A DNA stretch of 64,000 nucleotides from a virus (lineage: Duplodnaviria > Heunggongvirae > Uroviricota > Caudoviricetes). The stretch is taken from IMG/VR virus record IMGVR_UViG_2799113093_000010. One strand, given 5' to 3'. Both the position numbers and the translations under genes were made by a program. The first letter of the stretch is position 1. The number at the start of each line of letters is the position of its first letter. Shown one piece after another: positions 18,494 to 27,501 of this stretch. A model generated the notes under the pieces. It did not search any database and was not told where the DNA came from. It was given only the letters and a program-made list of their open reading frames with translations.

Positions 18494-18696
18494 TCGCTAA
18501 CCCCCGTACTCACAGCCATTTTCGGGGGGTCCAGCGCCAAACCGACCACGATCAGCGCGATTCCGCCGACAATCAGCCCCAACCACGGGGCAACCAGCCA
18601 GAATCCGCCCACAATCGCGGCGACACCGACCAGCTCCACCGTCACTGACAGCACCGAAATCAGCGAGATATGCGCTGGCGCAGCGGAATCCGCCAC
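18490..18696 (-). CDS. small membrane protein (68 aa, two predicted TM helices)
   Basis: Hydrophobic segments LISVLSVTVELVGVAAIVGGFWLVAPWLGLIVGGIALIVVGLAL. Coupled between the TerL and portal genes. Confidence 0.45.
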   Translation of the reverse strand: MADSAAPAHISLISVLSVTVELVGVAAIVGGFWLVAPWLGLIVGGIALIVVGLALDPPKMAVSTGVSE

Positions 18697-20306
18697 TACT
18701 CGCCGCCATCCTTAAGCCACTCCATGATCTCCTCCTCGGTGGGCCATTCGTGAATGTTCGGGACCTTCTTTGGTTCCTCCAGGCCATGGGACTCAGCCCA
18801 CGCCGCCGCGGCGCACGCCAGCAGCGGAGAAGCATCGACCGGCGACCCCTTGCGGTCGAAAACCCATGCGTCGCCGAGTGGTCGGGCGCCCGTCGACGCT
18901 GCCGCTGCATCCAGAGCAGGGGAGGGACGGTGCCGGATATTGCGTTGGATGACCTTGTCGAACAGGTCCCCGCAGCCCTTCGTGAGGTCTGAACCGCCCC
19001 ATTCCAGTACGGGGATACCGGCTTTCACCATGTCGGGGATGAGGCCGGACACGGGGGCGCCGCGCACCTGCGCCGCGACGGCCTGGAACTTGCCGACGCG
19101 TTCCTCGGTGGTGAACCAGGGGACTATCCAGTCGGTGCCGCGCTCGGCCGCCGCAATCTCGATGTGCAGCAGCCCATCTTGGCGCCGCGACGCGATTGCA
19201 ATGTAGGAACGGGACCGTTCGAAGTTCACATCAACTGCAGCCCACACAGGTGCCCCCTCAGCCCGCCTGGATTGCGGGTCGATCGTGGCCTCCCAGTGCT
19301 CGGCCGGGAGAATGCCGGGGGCGAGGGTGTCCACCCACTGGCACAGGTGCTCGGTCTTGAAGCCGGCGATGTCGGCGCGCTTGGCCTCCAACTTCGCGGC
19401 GAGCGCGTCCTCGTCCCAGCCGGGCAGCCATCCCATCGCCGGGTTGGCCATCGGCCAGAACTCGCGCTCGGTCGGGTCGGAGTCGTCGGGGACCGACCAC
19501 TCGAACAGGCCAGTCAGCGTTTCCGACGTGGTCCGCGAGAAGATGTCGGTCAGGCAGCCGTCGCGCAGCGACCGCAGCACCACCGACCGTTTGTCGCCGG
19601 CGTTCGATGCCGCAACAACCTGGCTGTTCTCCCGGGCAGTTGTGGTGGGCGCCACCGCATCCCAGGTGAGCCAGTCGTGGTGCTCACGCAGCTCGTCCAT
19701 CTCGGCAAGGTCCACCGACAGCGATCGGCCGGCCTTGCGGTTCGCGGCCATCGCCCGCCACACCCGCTTGCCGGTCAAGAACATGGCGTGCTTGCCGTTC
19801 GCGGTGCGGTGCCACCGGAACTCGGACTTCAGGACCGGGCATTCCTTGACGTCGTCGACGACCTCGCCCAGCGTCGCCTCGGCGTACTCCAGGCCCTGCG
19901 CGGTGACGAGCACAGTCTTGGCTGGCGGCGGCTTCCCGGGAACGAACTTGCCGGTCGGATTGACATACATTCGCCAGAGCCCAAGTCCCTTGAGCCACTG
20001 GGTCTTTCCGTTCTGGCGCGCGATGAGAACGACGACAGTGCGGAACCTGAATCCGGTGCCGGTGGCGCTCTTTTCCAGAGCGTGGATATACAGCCACTTC
20101 TGGTAGGGCAGCAGCTCCCAGTGCAGGACGTTCTCAAGGAAGTCAATGCACGAAAAGCCCCACGACGTAGCCGAATTGAGGCCGCAGCCGCACATGCAGC
20201 CGTCTGGGAGGCCTTTGTCGCAGTGCTCAGGTAGCGGTGGTGTGAATAGCCGTGGGGTGGTGGAACCCTTAAGCGTTCTGTCGAGAACGCCAGGCGGCGA
20301 GGTCAC
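18696..20306 (-). CDS. terminase large subunit (536 aa)
   Basis: Walker A-like motif VLIARQNGKT; C-terminal nuclease-like region; canonical position upstream of the portal gene. Confidence 0.9.
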   Translation of the reverse strand: MTSPPGVLDRTLKGSTTPRLFTPPLPEHCDKGLPDGCMCGCGLNSATSWGFSCIDFLENVLHWELLPYQKWLYIHALEKSATGTGFRFRTVVVLIARQNGKTQWLKGLGLWRMYVNPTGKFVPGKPPPAKTVLVTAQGLEYAEATLGEVVDDVKECPVLKSEFRWHRTANGKHAMFLTGKRVWRAMAANRKAGRSLSVDLAEMDELREHHDWLTWDAVAPTTTARENSQVVAASNAGDKRSVVLRSLRDGCLTDIFSRTTSETLTGLFEWSVPDDSDPTEREFWPMANPAMGWLPGWDEDALAAKLEAKRADIAGFKTEHLCQWVDTLAPGILPAEHWEATIDPQSRRAEGAPVWAAVDVNFERSRSYIAIASRRQDGLLHIEIAAAERGTDWIVPWFTTEERVGKFQAVAAQVRGAPVSGLIPDMVKAGIPVLEWGGSDLTKGCGDLFDKVIQRNIRHRPSPALDAAAASTGARPLGDAWVFDRKGSPVDASPLLACAAAAWAESHGLEEPKKVPNIHEWPTEEEIMEWLKDGGE

Positions 20307-20712
20307 TTACCGGGGCGCCTTCAGCGTCGTCGGTGTCGTCAGTGTCTCCGTCGAGCGGAGGCTCGGGCGGCTCCGCGTTGCCCGGTCCGCCCGCGGGAAT
20401 GTCGAGTCCGTAGAGCCGGGCCTGCTGGGCGAGAATCCGCCGGCACACTTCCGCCGAGCGGTGGTCCCCGGCCAGCGCCTTCGGGAAGTGCGCTTTGAAC
20501 AGGGCTTCAGTGCGCTCCACGTACACGTCGAACGCCTGATCCACCAGACGATCCCGGCGCCGGGCAGCCTTGGCCATCTCCCGCTTGATGATCGCGTCGA
20601 CACTCGCCACCGACGCCAGATCCACAGCCTCGGCGATCTGCCGATAGGTCGCGCCGGCCACGAACAGCTGCAGGACCTTCGCGTCCCGCTTCGCCCGCTC
20701 CGGCCCCTTCAC
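20269..20712 (-). CDS. terminase small subunit (about 147 aa)
   Basis: GTG at 20712 overlaps the upstream stop (GTGA). HTH-like N-terminus (ATYRQIAEAVDLASVAS) and acidic C-terminus. The upstream 180 aa of the 324-aa track ORF overlap the methylase gene in another frame. Confidence 0.6.
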   Translation of the reverse strand: MKGPERAKRDAKVLQLFVAGATYRQIAEAVDLASVASVDAIIKREMAKAARRRDRLVDQAFDVYVERTEALFKAHFPKALAGDHRSAEVCRRILAQQARLYGLDIPAGGPGNAEPPEPPLDGDTDDTDDAEGAPVSDLAAWRSRQNA

Positions 20713-21950
20713 GCGCCGCCAGCCAACGACACTTCGCGGCCGTCGAGCACCGGCACCACACCGGTGTGCTCCTCGAACCGGCGCGCGATCACATCGGCGT
20801 ACTTCGGGTCCAGCTCCACGCAGAACGCCCGCGCACCGAGGCCCTGCGCCGCGATGAGCGTCGACCCCGACCCGGCGAACGGATCGAACACCACGCCGCC
20901 CCGAGGGCAGGAGTTCGTGAGCATCGCGGCCACGAGAGCGACGGGCTTCATCGTGGGGTGCTGCTCGTTGCGGGCCGGCTTGTCGACCTGGAACACCGTG
21001 GCCTGGCTGTTGTCGCCGAACCAACGCTCGCCGCCGCGCCCCAAACGGCCATCGCCCCCCGGAGTGAATCCGTACAGTATCGGCTCGTGTTTGTAGTGGT
21101 AGTCCGATCGGCCCATGACGATCGTGTTCTTCACCCACACCAAGTTCTGCCGCACCAGCAGCCCGGCGTCGCGCATCGCGCCCTCGAACGTCACCCGCTC
21201 GGTATCGGCGTGCGCGACGTACACCGGCGCCCCGGGCGCGCACACCGCGGCGACCGTCGCGAACGCGTCATCGAGCAGCCCCCGCAGCCCAGCGGCTCCG
21301 TCGTTCTGGATCGTGAGCGCCTTCTTGGTCTTGCCGACGTAATCCACCCCGTATGGGGGGTCCGTCCAGACGCAGTCGGCGCGCACATCGCCGAATAGGC
21401 GCTCCACAACCAGGTCCGTGTCGGTCGACGAGCCCACCAGCAGCCGGTGCGGTCCCAGCTCCCACACCTTGCCCAGCTCGGACACCGGCTCTTCCGGGCT
21501 CGCCGGGACGTCATCGGGATCCGTCAGCGGCGCATCCGGGAACAGGTCGCGCCGCAGCTCCTCCAGATCGGCGTCCGAGTAGCCAGTGCCCTCCAGGTCC
21601 TCCAGCGAGTCCAGGAGCGCGAACAGCTCGTCGTCGTCATAGTCGCCCAGGTCCGCCAACTTGTTATCTGCAGCAACGATCGCCTTCGCACGCTGGTCAT
21701 CGACGTCAACGAACCAGACCGAAACCTCACTCCAGCCGAGTTTGCTGGCAGCCCGCAGCGTGTGGTTACCCGCCAGAACCTCGTTTTGGCGCCCCGTCAG
21801 CGAACCCCGATTGACCACGAGTGGCTTGTACTGGCCGTTCACAGCCAACGACTCCGCGATGGCGTCGATGCGACCGCGCCGAGGGTTGCCCTCAAACAAG
21901 CGCAGATCGGCCACGGACACCATTGCCGCGGAGTTAGCTGTGATCGACAC
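20709..21950 (-). CDS. ParB-like nuclease domain fused to N6/N4 DNA methyltransferase (413 aa)
   Basis: N-terminal ParB/Srx-like region. The C-terminal part carries DPPY (VWTDPPYGVDY) and an AdoMet-binding motif (VVFDPFAGSGSTLIAA). Confidence 0.8.
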   Translation of the reverse strand: MSITANSAAMVSVADLRLFEGNPRRGRIDAIAESLAVNGQYKPLVVNRGSLTGRQNEVLAGNHTLRAASKLGWSEVSVWFVDVDDQRAKAIVAADNKLADLGDYDDDELFALLDSLEDLEGTGYSDADLEELRRDLFPDAPLTDPDDVPASPEEPVSELGKVWELGPHRLLVGSSTDTDLVVERLFGDVRADCVWTDPPYGVDYVGKTKKALTIQNDGAAGLRGLLDDAFATVAAVCAPGAPVYVAHADTERVTFEGAMRDAGLLVRQNLVWVKNTIVMGRSDYHYKHEPILYGFTPGGDGRLGRGGERWFGDNSQATVFQVDKPARNEQHPTMKPVALVAAMLTNSCPRGGVVFDPFAGSGSTLIAAQGLGARAFCVELDPKYADVIARRFEEHTGVVPVLDGREVSLAGGA

Positions 21951-22318
21951 TCAGTCTCCGTTTCTGTTCGTTTTCGCAGGAGGGGGAGGCCCTATTGCCG
22001 GGCGCCGGGACCGGGTAAGGGTTGCCTCGGAGATTTGACCCCGCCCCCCCGGTCGCATATCCGCAGGTCGTGCGGCCTTTTCGGGTGGGCTGTGACGCGG
22101 GGTGTCTGTTACCGCTGTGCATAGCGGCTGACCTGCGGCTTTGTAGGCTCGCCCTAGCGCTTTGCTGGCCCTTGGGGAAAGTTTGCTGGCGCTCGGCGCT
22201 GCATGGGCGTGGGGTGTCGTCGGCTGCTGCTGAGGTCGCTCAGGAGGACGGTCTGCGTGGCTCTGGTGACCGTCTGCCTGGTGCGTGCGGCTCTGGCACA
22301 GCTAACTATCCGGTGCTG
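21951..22318. other. 368-bp noncoding region; candidate cos / packaging initiation region
   Basis: No plausible ORF. Flanked by the HNH gene on one side and the ParB-methylase, TerS and TerL genes on the other. Contains the G/C run GACCCCGCCCCCCCGGTCGC (22037-22056). Confidence 0.35.
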
Positions 22319-23227
22319 CTACCAGGCTTCGGACGGCTGACCTATCTGGATGTGGGGTTTGCTGTCGCCGCGCTGGGTGTTGCAGTGCAGGTGCGCTGGT
22401 CGGAAGTTGAGCGGGTCCATCGCCAGATCAGGGCGTTCCTTGACGGTCTGTGCGTGGTCCACGCTGAAGCTGTCCGGGTGCGGGAAGGTCAGCGAGTAGT
22501 CGATCGGCCGGTTGTCTAGCCAGCAGATCGCCTGCGTGGCTTCGCACTGGGCACGGAAGTCGGCCTTCAGCTTGCGGTAGGCGCGGCCTTCGGGACGTCC
22601 GGTGGTGTTGTTGAGGTACGGCATCGCAGCCGGGTCGAACGCTGCGGTCGGGTCAGGGTCGGCGCCGTCGTCGTAGTCCGGTGTCTGGTCGACGGTGGGT
22701 GGAGCGTCTGGGTGCTGCTCGTACCAGCGGTGGACAGCCTGCAGCATCCAGGACGGTCGTTCCTTCTTGGCGCGGGGTACCACGACGTCGCGGCCAGGAT
22801 CGATGACGATGACCTGGGCACCGAGCGCCTTGTAGCGGGTCAGGGTCTGGTCGCTGGGTGTGGAGTGGATGACGTACACGTTGGTGTCGGCGATGAGGCG
22901 CAGGGCGGCGTCGATAGCGGCTTGCCGTGCTGCCTGGGTGACCGTCTTCACGTGCTGCGTGTGGTCGTGCTGGCTGCCGTGCGGTGGGGTCAGGGTGCAA
23001 GCCAGGGCGTCGAAGTCGATCGTGATGTCACCGGTACGGGCGTTGGCCTGCACCCAGGTGGACTTGCCAGCAGCAGGCGGCCCGGTCACCACGAACAGCA
23101 CTACACGCCCTCGAACATGAGCGGTGTCTGGCTGTGCGTGCGGTCGTTGCAGTTCCCGGTCACCGTGATCTGCCCGCACGTGGCGCAATGCAGTACGGCG
23201 CCGCTCGTGCATGGATACCAGATCCAC
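22319..23227 (-). CDS. P-loop kinase/ATPase domain fused to HNH endonuclease
   Basis: Walker A VVTGPPAAGKST near the N-terminus. C-terminal HNH-like region (SVDHAQTV...HLHCNTQRGD). The start is uncertain; a GTG near VVLFVV is possible. Confidence 0.7.
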   Translation of the reverse strand: MDLVSMHERRRTALRHVRADHGDRELQRPHAQPDTAHVRGRVVLFVVTGPPAAGKSTWVQANARTGDITIDFDALACTLTPPHGSQHDHTQHVKTVTQAARQAAIDAALRLIADTNVYVIHSTPSDQTLTRYKALGAQVIVIDPGRDVVVPRAKKERPSWMLQAVHRWYEQHPDAPPTVDQTPDYDDGADPDPTAAFDPAAMPYLNNTTGRPEGRAYRKLKADFRAQCEATQAICWLDNRPIDYSLTFPHPDSFSVDHAQTVKERPDLAMDPLNFRPAHLHCNTQRGDSKPHIQIGQPSEAW

Positions 23228-23510
23228 GGGCCTGGACAGCTGACAGAACCTCTCGACTGGTTGGCCTGGTCTTTCATCGGATAAGGCCAGGTCGTGATCG
23301 CAGATGTTCTCGAGCTGTGGTGATACCGCTGAGTAGGCGCAGCAGGGGACGCTTCCACCGCGGTGCGGTCAGGTACCGCATGGTGGCCTGCACGTTGGTG
23401 AGCATTGCGAGCGTCCGTCCGACTGGGTCCTGCGCGACGGGCTGGCTGGTGTCGACGTGGACGATGCCGGTGCGCGGGTCCACCCCACGCCACGAGCTGA
23501 GGCGTGTCCA

Positions 23511-23945
23511 TCAGCGGGTGCTGGGTGGCTTCAGGGTGTCTGCGTCGCCGACGCACGGGCAGGAGTCCATGGTGTCGCCGCCGTGCCATGGATGTGCGGG
23601 CTCAGGGCACTCGCCGGGTGTGTGGGGCTGGTGGGGGCCGCAGTACCCGCACAGCGGGTCCGGTGCCGGAACGTCAGGGCGTTGCACGAGGACGTGGACC
23701 CGGTGCCAGGTGTACTCGGAGACGTCGCCGGCGACCTGACCGGACAGTGCTGTCAGCTGCTCCTGCTTGAGGGTGGCCAGGTTGAGGATGCTGTGTGCGT
23801 ACGTGACCAGGACAAGGCCCTCGGCGTTCGCCTTGTTCTCCCACCACTCGCGGTGCAGCCACAACCACACGTCGGAGTCGGCGTCCGGTGGCAGCGGGGT
23901 GATCTGGGTGTACTCGCGCTCGTCGATCGGCTCGGTGCTCACCAT
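23511..23945 (-). CDS. hypothetical protein (about 144 aa, Cys-rich C-terminus)
   Basis: Real start is probably MVSTEPIDE... (ATG at 23945). The upstream part of the track ORF is junk. Confidence 0.4.
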   Translation of the reverse strand: MVSTEPIDEREYTQITPLPPDADSDVWLWLHREWWENKANAEGLVLVTYAHSILNLATLKQEQLTALSGQVAGDVSEYTWHRVHVLVQRPDVPAPDPLCGYCGPHQPHTPGECPEPAHPWHGGDTMDSCPCVGDADTLKPPSTR

Positions 23946-24391
23946 GTCACCCGCTCGTGGGATCGGGGCGCGTAGTAGATGCGTGTTGGTGGACCCCACA
24001 GCAGCTCCAGCGGGAACTCGACGTCGTCGAACACGTAGGTGTCCCACTTGTGGGTTGGGGCGGCGCTCCGGGCCTTCATGGAGCGGAAGGTGACCTTGCC
24101 GCCAGAACGGTGCTCCACCACGGCGGCACTGTTCGTGTCGGTCACGCGCAGTTGGTCGATGTCCGGCGACAGGTGCTCGTGGACCAAACGCCGGAGCGCC
24201 TCACAGGCGATTGGCCAGTTCACCGTCTCGTAGCGCACCTTGCGCCCGCGCCGGATCTCGCCAGCGACGAGGTCGAGCAGCAGATGGGTCTTGCCGTACT
24301 GGCGGTCGCCCTTGATCTCGATGAGCGTGACCCGCTCGGGTGCGGTCACAGCGAGTCTTCGGGAGTGCGGGCGATAGCTGCGTTGGCCCAC
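23939..24391 (-). CDS. hypothetical protein with Walker A-like motif (GDRQYGKTHLL)
   Basis: ORF with a P-loop-like motif; start uncertain. Confidence 0.4.
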   Translation of the reverse strand: MGQRSYRPHSRRLAVTAPERVTLIEIKGDRQYGKTHLLLDLVAGEIRRGRKVRYETVNWPIACEALRRLVHEHLSPDIDQLRVTDTNSAAVVEHRSGGKVTFRSMKARSAAPTHKWDTYVFDDVEFPLELLWGPPTRIYYAPRSHERVTW

Positions 24392-24675
24392 ATCAGGGCC
24401 TCCTCCAGCTTCGTCATCGCCAGGGCCTTCTCGCGGCCCGGTGGCAGCACGGCGTCGAGCTGGTGTGCCAGCGCACTGGCACCCGTCCGTACAGCCTCGT
24501 GGACCTGGACCTTCGCATCGGAAGGGCGGTGGTAGTCGAAGCGGTTGTTGATGTCGGCCGTCGAAGCCGGGGTGTTGTGGAACACGACAGGATCTCCTTG
24601 TAGCCAGGTGTGGAAGGTGACGGCGATACCGGACTCGGCGATGGCCATCTGCATGTGCGCGTCGATCACGGGCAT
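24346..24675 (-). CDS. hypothetical protein (about 109 aa)
   Basis: The C-terminal portion of the 165-aa track ORF, starting MPVIDAHMQ..., looks genuine. Confidence 0.35.
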   Translation of the reverse strand: MPVIDAHMQMAIAESGIAVTFHTWLQGDPVVFHNTPASTADINNRFDYHRPSDAKVQVHEAVRTGASALAHQLDAVLPPGREKALAMTKLEEALMWANAAIARTPEDSL

Positions 24676-24956
24676 GGGACGGTCAACATGACCGTGAAGA
24701 ACATGGGGCGCGCGCCCGCGGCAGCGGTGAGGCTGGCCTGCACGTCGGCGGTGATCAGGTCCGAGTCCGTGCACAGCAAAGCTGGACGTATCTGGCGGGC
24801 ACGGAGCCGCAGCGCGGCGGTGCGGGTTGGGACGATCAGCCACTGCTTGCGGTCGACGCCCAGCGCGTCCAGAAGGCGTTCGCCCTGCTGCACCGTGCGG
24901 GCCAGCAGCACACCCGGCAGCTCCGTGCGCTGGAACGGCAACACCGCGGCGGTCAT
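24666..24956 (-). CDS. hypothetical protein (about 96 aa)
   Basis: ATG at 24956 overlaps the upstream stop (ATGA). The rest of the 210-aa track ORF is R/P-rich shadow. Confidence 0.35.
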   Translation of the reverse strand: MTAAVLPFQRTELPGVLLARTVQQGERLLDALGVDRKQWLIVPTRTAALRLRARQIRPALLCTDSDLITADVQASLTAAAGARPMFFTVMLTVPCP

Positions 24957-25450
24957 GACCCGGGCGGCGGATTCTGGGTGAACCAGTCCTGGTACCGCGA
25001 CGCGTCCAGGAACGGATACCGCTGCACCGTGGTCAGGTTGACCGTTGCGCCGCCGGCGGTCGGTGCCTTGATCGCGAACGGCCGCCACGTCCGGTCGCCG
25101 CGGTTGAACACCACGTTCGTGAACGAGATGTCGATGTACAGGTCTTCGGTCCAGCCCAGCAGCGGGGTGTTCGCGATCAGCTTCAGGTTGAGGGTGCCGT
25201 CGAGCTGCTTGAGTTGACCCTCGTCGAGACGTGCCGTGAAGGTGTCCAGCGCGAAGTCCGTCGGGCGCGGGTTGTAGTTCGGGGCGCGGAACGCCCACCC
25301 GGCCGGCACCCGGTACCGGAACAGCATGGTCGCGGTGACCGGGCGAATGTCCGGTTCGTTGTCCGGGTCCGTGACGCGGTCAGCGACGCCGGCCCACGCG
25401 TCATAGGAGACGGTGAACGACTCGGGCGAGGCGAGCGCCGGGCCGGTCAC
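24953..25450 (-). CDS. hypothetical protein (165 aa)
   Basis: Protein-like composition; coupled to neighbouring genes. Confidence 0.45.
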   Translation of the reverse strand: MTGPALASPESFTVSYDAWAGVADRVTDPDNEPDIRPVTATMLFRYRVPAGWAFRAPNYNPRPTDFALDTFTARLDEGQLKQLDGTLNLKLIANTPLLGWTEDLYIDISFTNVVFNRGDRTWRPFAIKAPTAGGATVNLTTVQRYPFLDASRYQDWFTQNPPPGS

Positions 25451-25794
25451 TTGCTGTCGGCGTCCTCAACGGCAGCGGAACCGATGCACAGGCCCTCGGG
25501 TGCGTCGTCGGGAAAGTGGCCGACCTCGCCGGGACCCATGTCGACGCCGTCCACGGTGACGGTGGCGGACAGACCGGTGTAGGCGTCGCCGGTGTGGACC
25601 GTCTCCAACACGTGCGGCTGATCGGTGTCGAAGGCCGGGATCACCGGGGCGTCAGCGGCGGCGACAGCCTCCGGGATCTCCTGAGTGGCAGCGAACGTGA
25701 ATGTGCCGTCGTCGGCCAGGTCGTGGGTGTAGGCCGCGACGGTCTGGCAGTAGATGACCTTGTCGTTGACGCGGACCTCAACGGTTGCGCTCAT
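25447..25794 (-). CDS. hypothetical protein (about 115 aa)
   Basis: Start at MSATVEVRVNDK...; the upstream track extension is junk. Confidence 0.4.
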   Translation of the reverse strand: MSATVEVRVNDKVIYCQTVAAYTHDLADDGTFTFAATQEIPEAVAAADAPVIPAFDTDQPHVLETVHTGDAYTGLSATVTVDGVDMGPGEVGHFPDDAPEGLCIGSAAVEDADSK

Positions 25795-26326
25795 CGGGTT
25801 CTCCTTCGGTGATGACGGGGGTGATGTCGGTGCGGTCGGACAGCATGTCCAGGGCGAGGTCGATGGGGACGCCTTGCAGCCATATCGGGACAGCAGGATT
25901 TGGCATCGCGTCGAGTCTCCTTGTGCCACAACATGTTTAAACTTCCCGTTGTGCGTGCGCAGCGCACCCTCTCCCTGGAGATAAGTCGGGTGTCCTGGGT
26001 GTCGGCCCCGTCTCCGTTCAACAGCAAGAACGGATACCGACTGGGGCCTGATAGCTGCGGCGCCCGCGCGAGGGGCTGGCCGGCGGCCGTGCGCTTATCG
26101 GTGATGTAGCCGGGTTGACGCGACGCACAGACGGGAAGTGGCCTCGGGAAACGAGAGAGCCCCGACCGCTGGGGGTTAGCAGTCGGGGCTCAGCTATCGG
26201 CGCGAAGATACAGCTTCGCTTGCCCACCTGTATAACACGTCACAGCGACCAGCGACGGCAACGCTCACCGAGTGGGTGTGTCGTGCTGATTCGACGCTGG
26301 TTATCCGTGCGGGAGCCTTTGCGTCA

Positions 26327-26581
26327 TCACACTTCCCGTAGCTGCGGTATTGCGCTGATCGGCAAATCCAAGGCGTGCCATAGCCGGAGCACTGTGAAGA
26401 TCCCTGGATTGCGGGTTCGGCCTTCCTCAATCTTCCGGATCGTTCCAAGCGATAGGTCGGTGGAGCGCACCAGATCGTCCAGAGTGACGCCGCGACTCCG
26501 GCGCGCGAAGGCAACATACTCGGCGAGGCTTTCCTCCGGACGTGGCGCGCGGCAGCGAGGCAGCTTCGTCTTGATGCTCAC
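26327..26581 (-). CDS. XRE-family helix-turn-helix transcriptional regulator (84 aa)
   Basis: HTH segment GVTLDDLVRSTDLSLGTIRKIEEGRTRNP. It heads the leftward late block and is divergent from the Dam gene. Confidence 0.7.
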   Translation of the reverse strand: MSIKTKLPRCRAPRPEESLAEYVAFARRSRGVTLDDLVRSTDLSLGTIRKIEEGRTRNPGIFTVLRLWHALDLPISAIPQLREV

Positions 26582-26703
26582 GCTGACCTCCCGTCCGACT
26601 CGTTCTGATCGCTACTATTTTAACGCCCGGTTCGTAGCGTTCTGCTTGTAGCGCCCAAGTATTAACGCTATGATAGTCGCAACTTTAGAGAACGGAGCGC
26701 AGG
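26582..26703. promoter_or_regulatory. divergent intergenic region (HTH gene leftward, Dam gene rightward), locally AT-richer with TTAACGC repeats
   Basis: TATTTTAACGCC and AGTATTAACGCTATGATAGTCGC; contains TATGAT, a -10-like hexamer. Confidence 0.35.
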
Positions 26704-27501
26704 ATGACCGAGGTAGTTGCGGCCCCGTCGAAACCGCCAGCGGCACTGCGGTATCCAGGGGCTAAGTGGTCGCTCGCGCACCTGATCGCCGAGAACTTTG
26801 GCCCTCACTACCACTACGTCGAACCCTACTTCGGCAGCGGCGCAATCTTCTTCTCCAAACCGCCGTCGCCTCACGAGGTGCTCAACGACCTGAACGGACA
26901 AGTCGTTAACCTGTGGAAGATGCTCAGGGACCGTACGGAAGACCTGTGCTGGGCGCTGGAAACAACGCCATGGAGCAGGGACGAGTACAGCATCTCCGAC
27001 GAAGTGACTGGCGATGACCTCGAAGATGCACGGCGTTTCGTCGTACGTGTCTGGCAGGCCCACGCAAGCGATCTCGCGAAGAAGACGGGGTGGAAGAACC
27101 GCGGTGTGCACCAACGGGCAGGCGGTATGTCGCACCGCTGGCAGAAGGTGCCCGACCAACTTCGAGCGCTTGCATGGAGATTGTCGGACGCGGAGATTGA
27201 GAACCGCGACGCCATATCGGTAGTCAAGCGATTCAACGGGCCTGATGTACTGATCTATGCCGACCCTCCTTACCTCCACGAGACACGGACACAGCGGATG
27301 TACGGCGAGGAAGTGGATATAGCTCACCACAAGGAGCTATTGGAAGCGTTAGAGGAGCATCGCGGGCCGGCGGTTATCAGCGGCTACTCGAACGACCTCT
27401 ACGACAAGACGCTTAAGAAGTGGCGTCGCGTAGCGATGAAGGCTCCCAAGGTTGAGAAGGGTGCAGCCCGCGCCGAAGTCATCTGGATCAAGTCAGTTTG
27501 A
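26704..27501 (+). CDS. Dam-family (alpha-class) N6-adenine DNA methyltransferase (265 aa)
   Basis: Motif I YFGSGAIFF near the N-terminus and DPPY (VLIYADPPYLHE) at about residue 185. Its order and spacing match Dam/DpnM. RBS GAGAACGGAG. Confidence 0.85.
   Translation: MTEVVAAPSKPPAALRYPGAKWSLAHLIAENFGPHYHYVEPYFGSGAIFFSKPPSPHEVLNDLNGQVVNLWKMLRDRTEDLCWALETTPWSRDEYSISDEVTGDDLEDARRFVVRVWQAHASDLAKKTGWKNRGVHQRAGGMSHRWQKVPDQLRALAWRLSDAEIENRDAISVVKRFNGPDVLIYADPPYLHETRTQRMYGEEVDIAHHKELLEALEEHRGPAVISGYSNDLYDKTLKKWRRVAMKAPKVEKGAARAEVIWIKSV

Noticed and set aside
20713-21243. Upstream 177 codons of the 324-aa ORF 20269..21243
   Set aside because: They overlap the ParB-methylase gene in another frame and are Arg-rich. 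A GTG at 20712 overlapping the methylase stop (GTGA) gives a 147-aa TerS of typical size.
23101-23589. 162-aa minus-strand ORF overlapping the HNH-kinase gene start and the next gene
   Set aside because: It is R/P/H-rich with no motif, and overlaps two better-supported ORFs. Only the embedded 69-aa ORF 23274..23483 might be real, and even that is uncertain.
26115-26651. 178-aa plus-strand ORF spanning the late leader and the XRE gene
   Set aside because: It is antisense to the XRE HTH gene, R/S-rich, and has no RBS. It is treated as noncoding leader.
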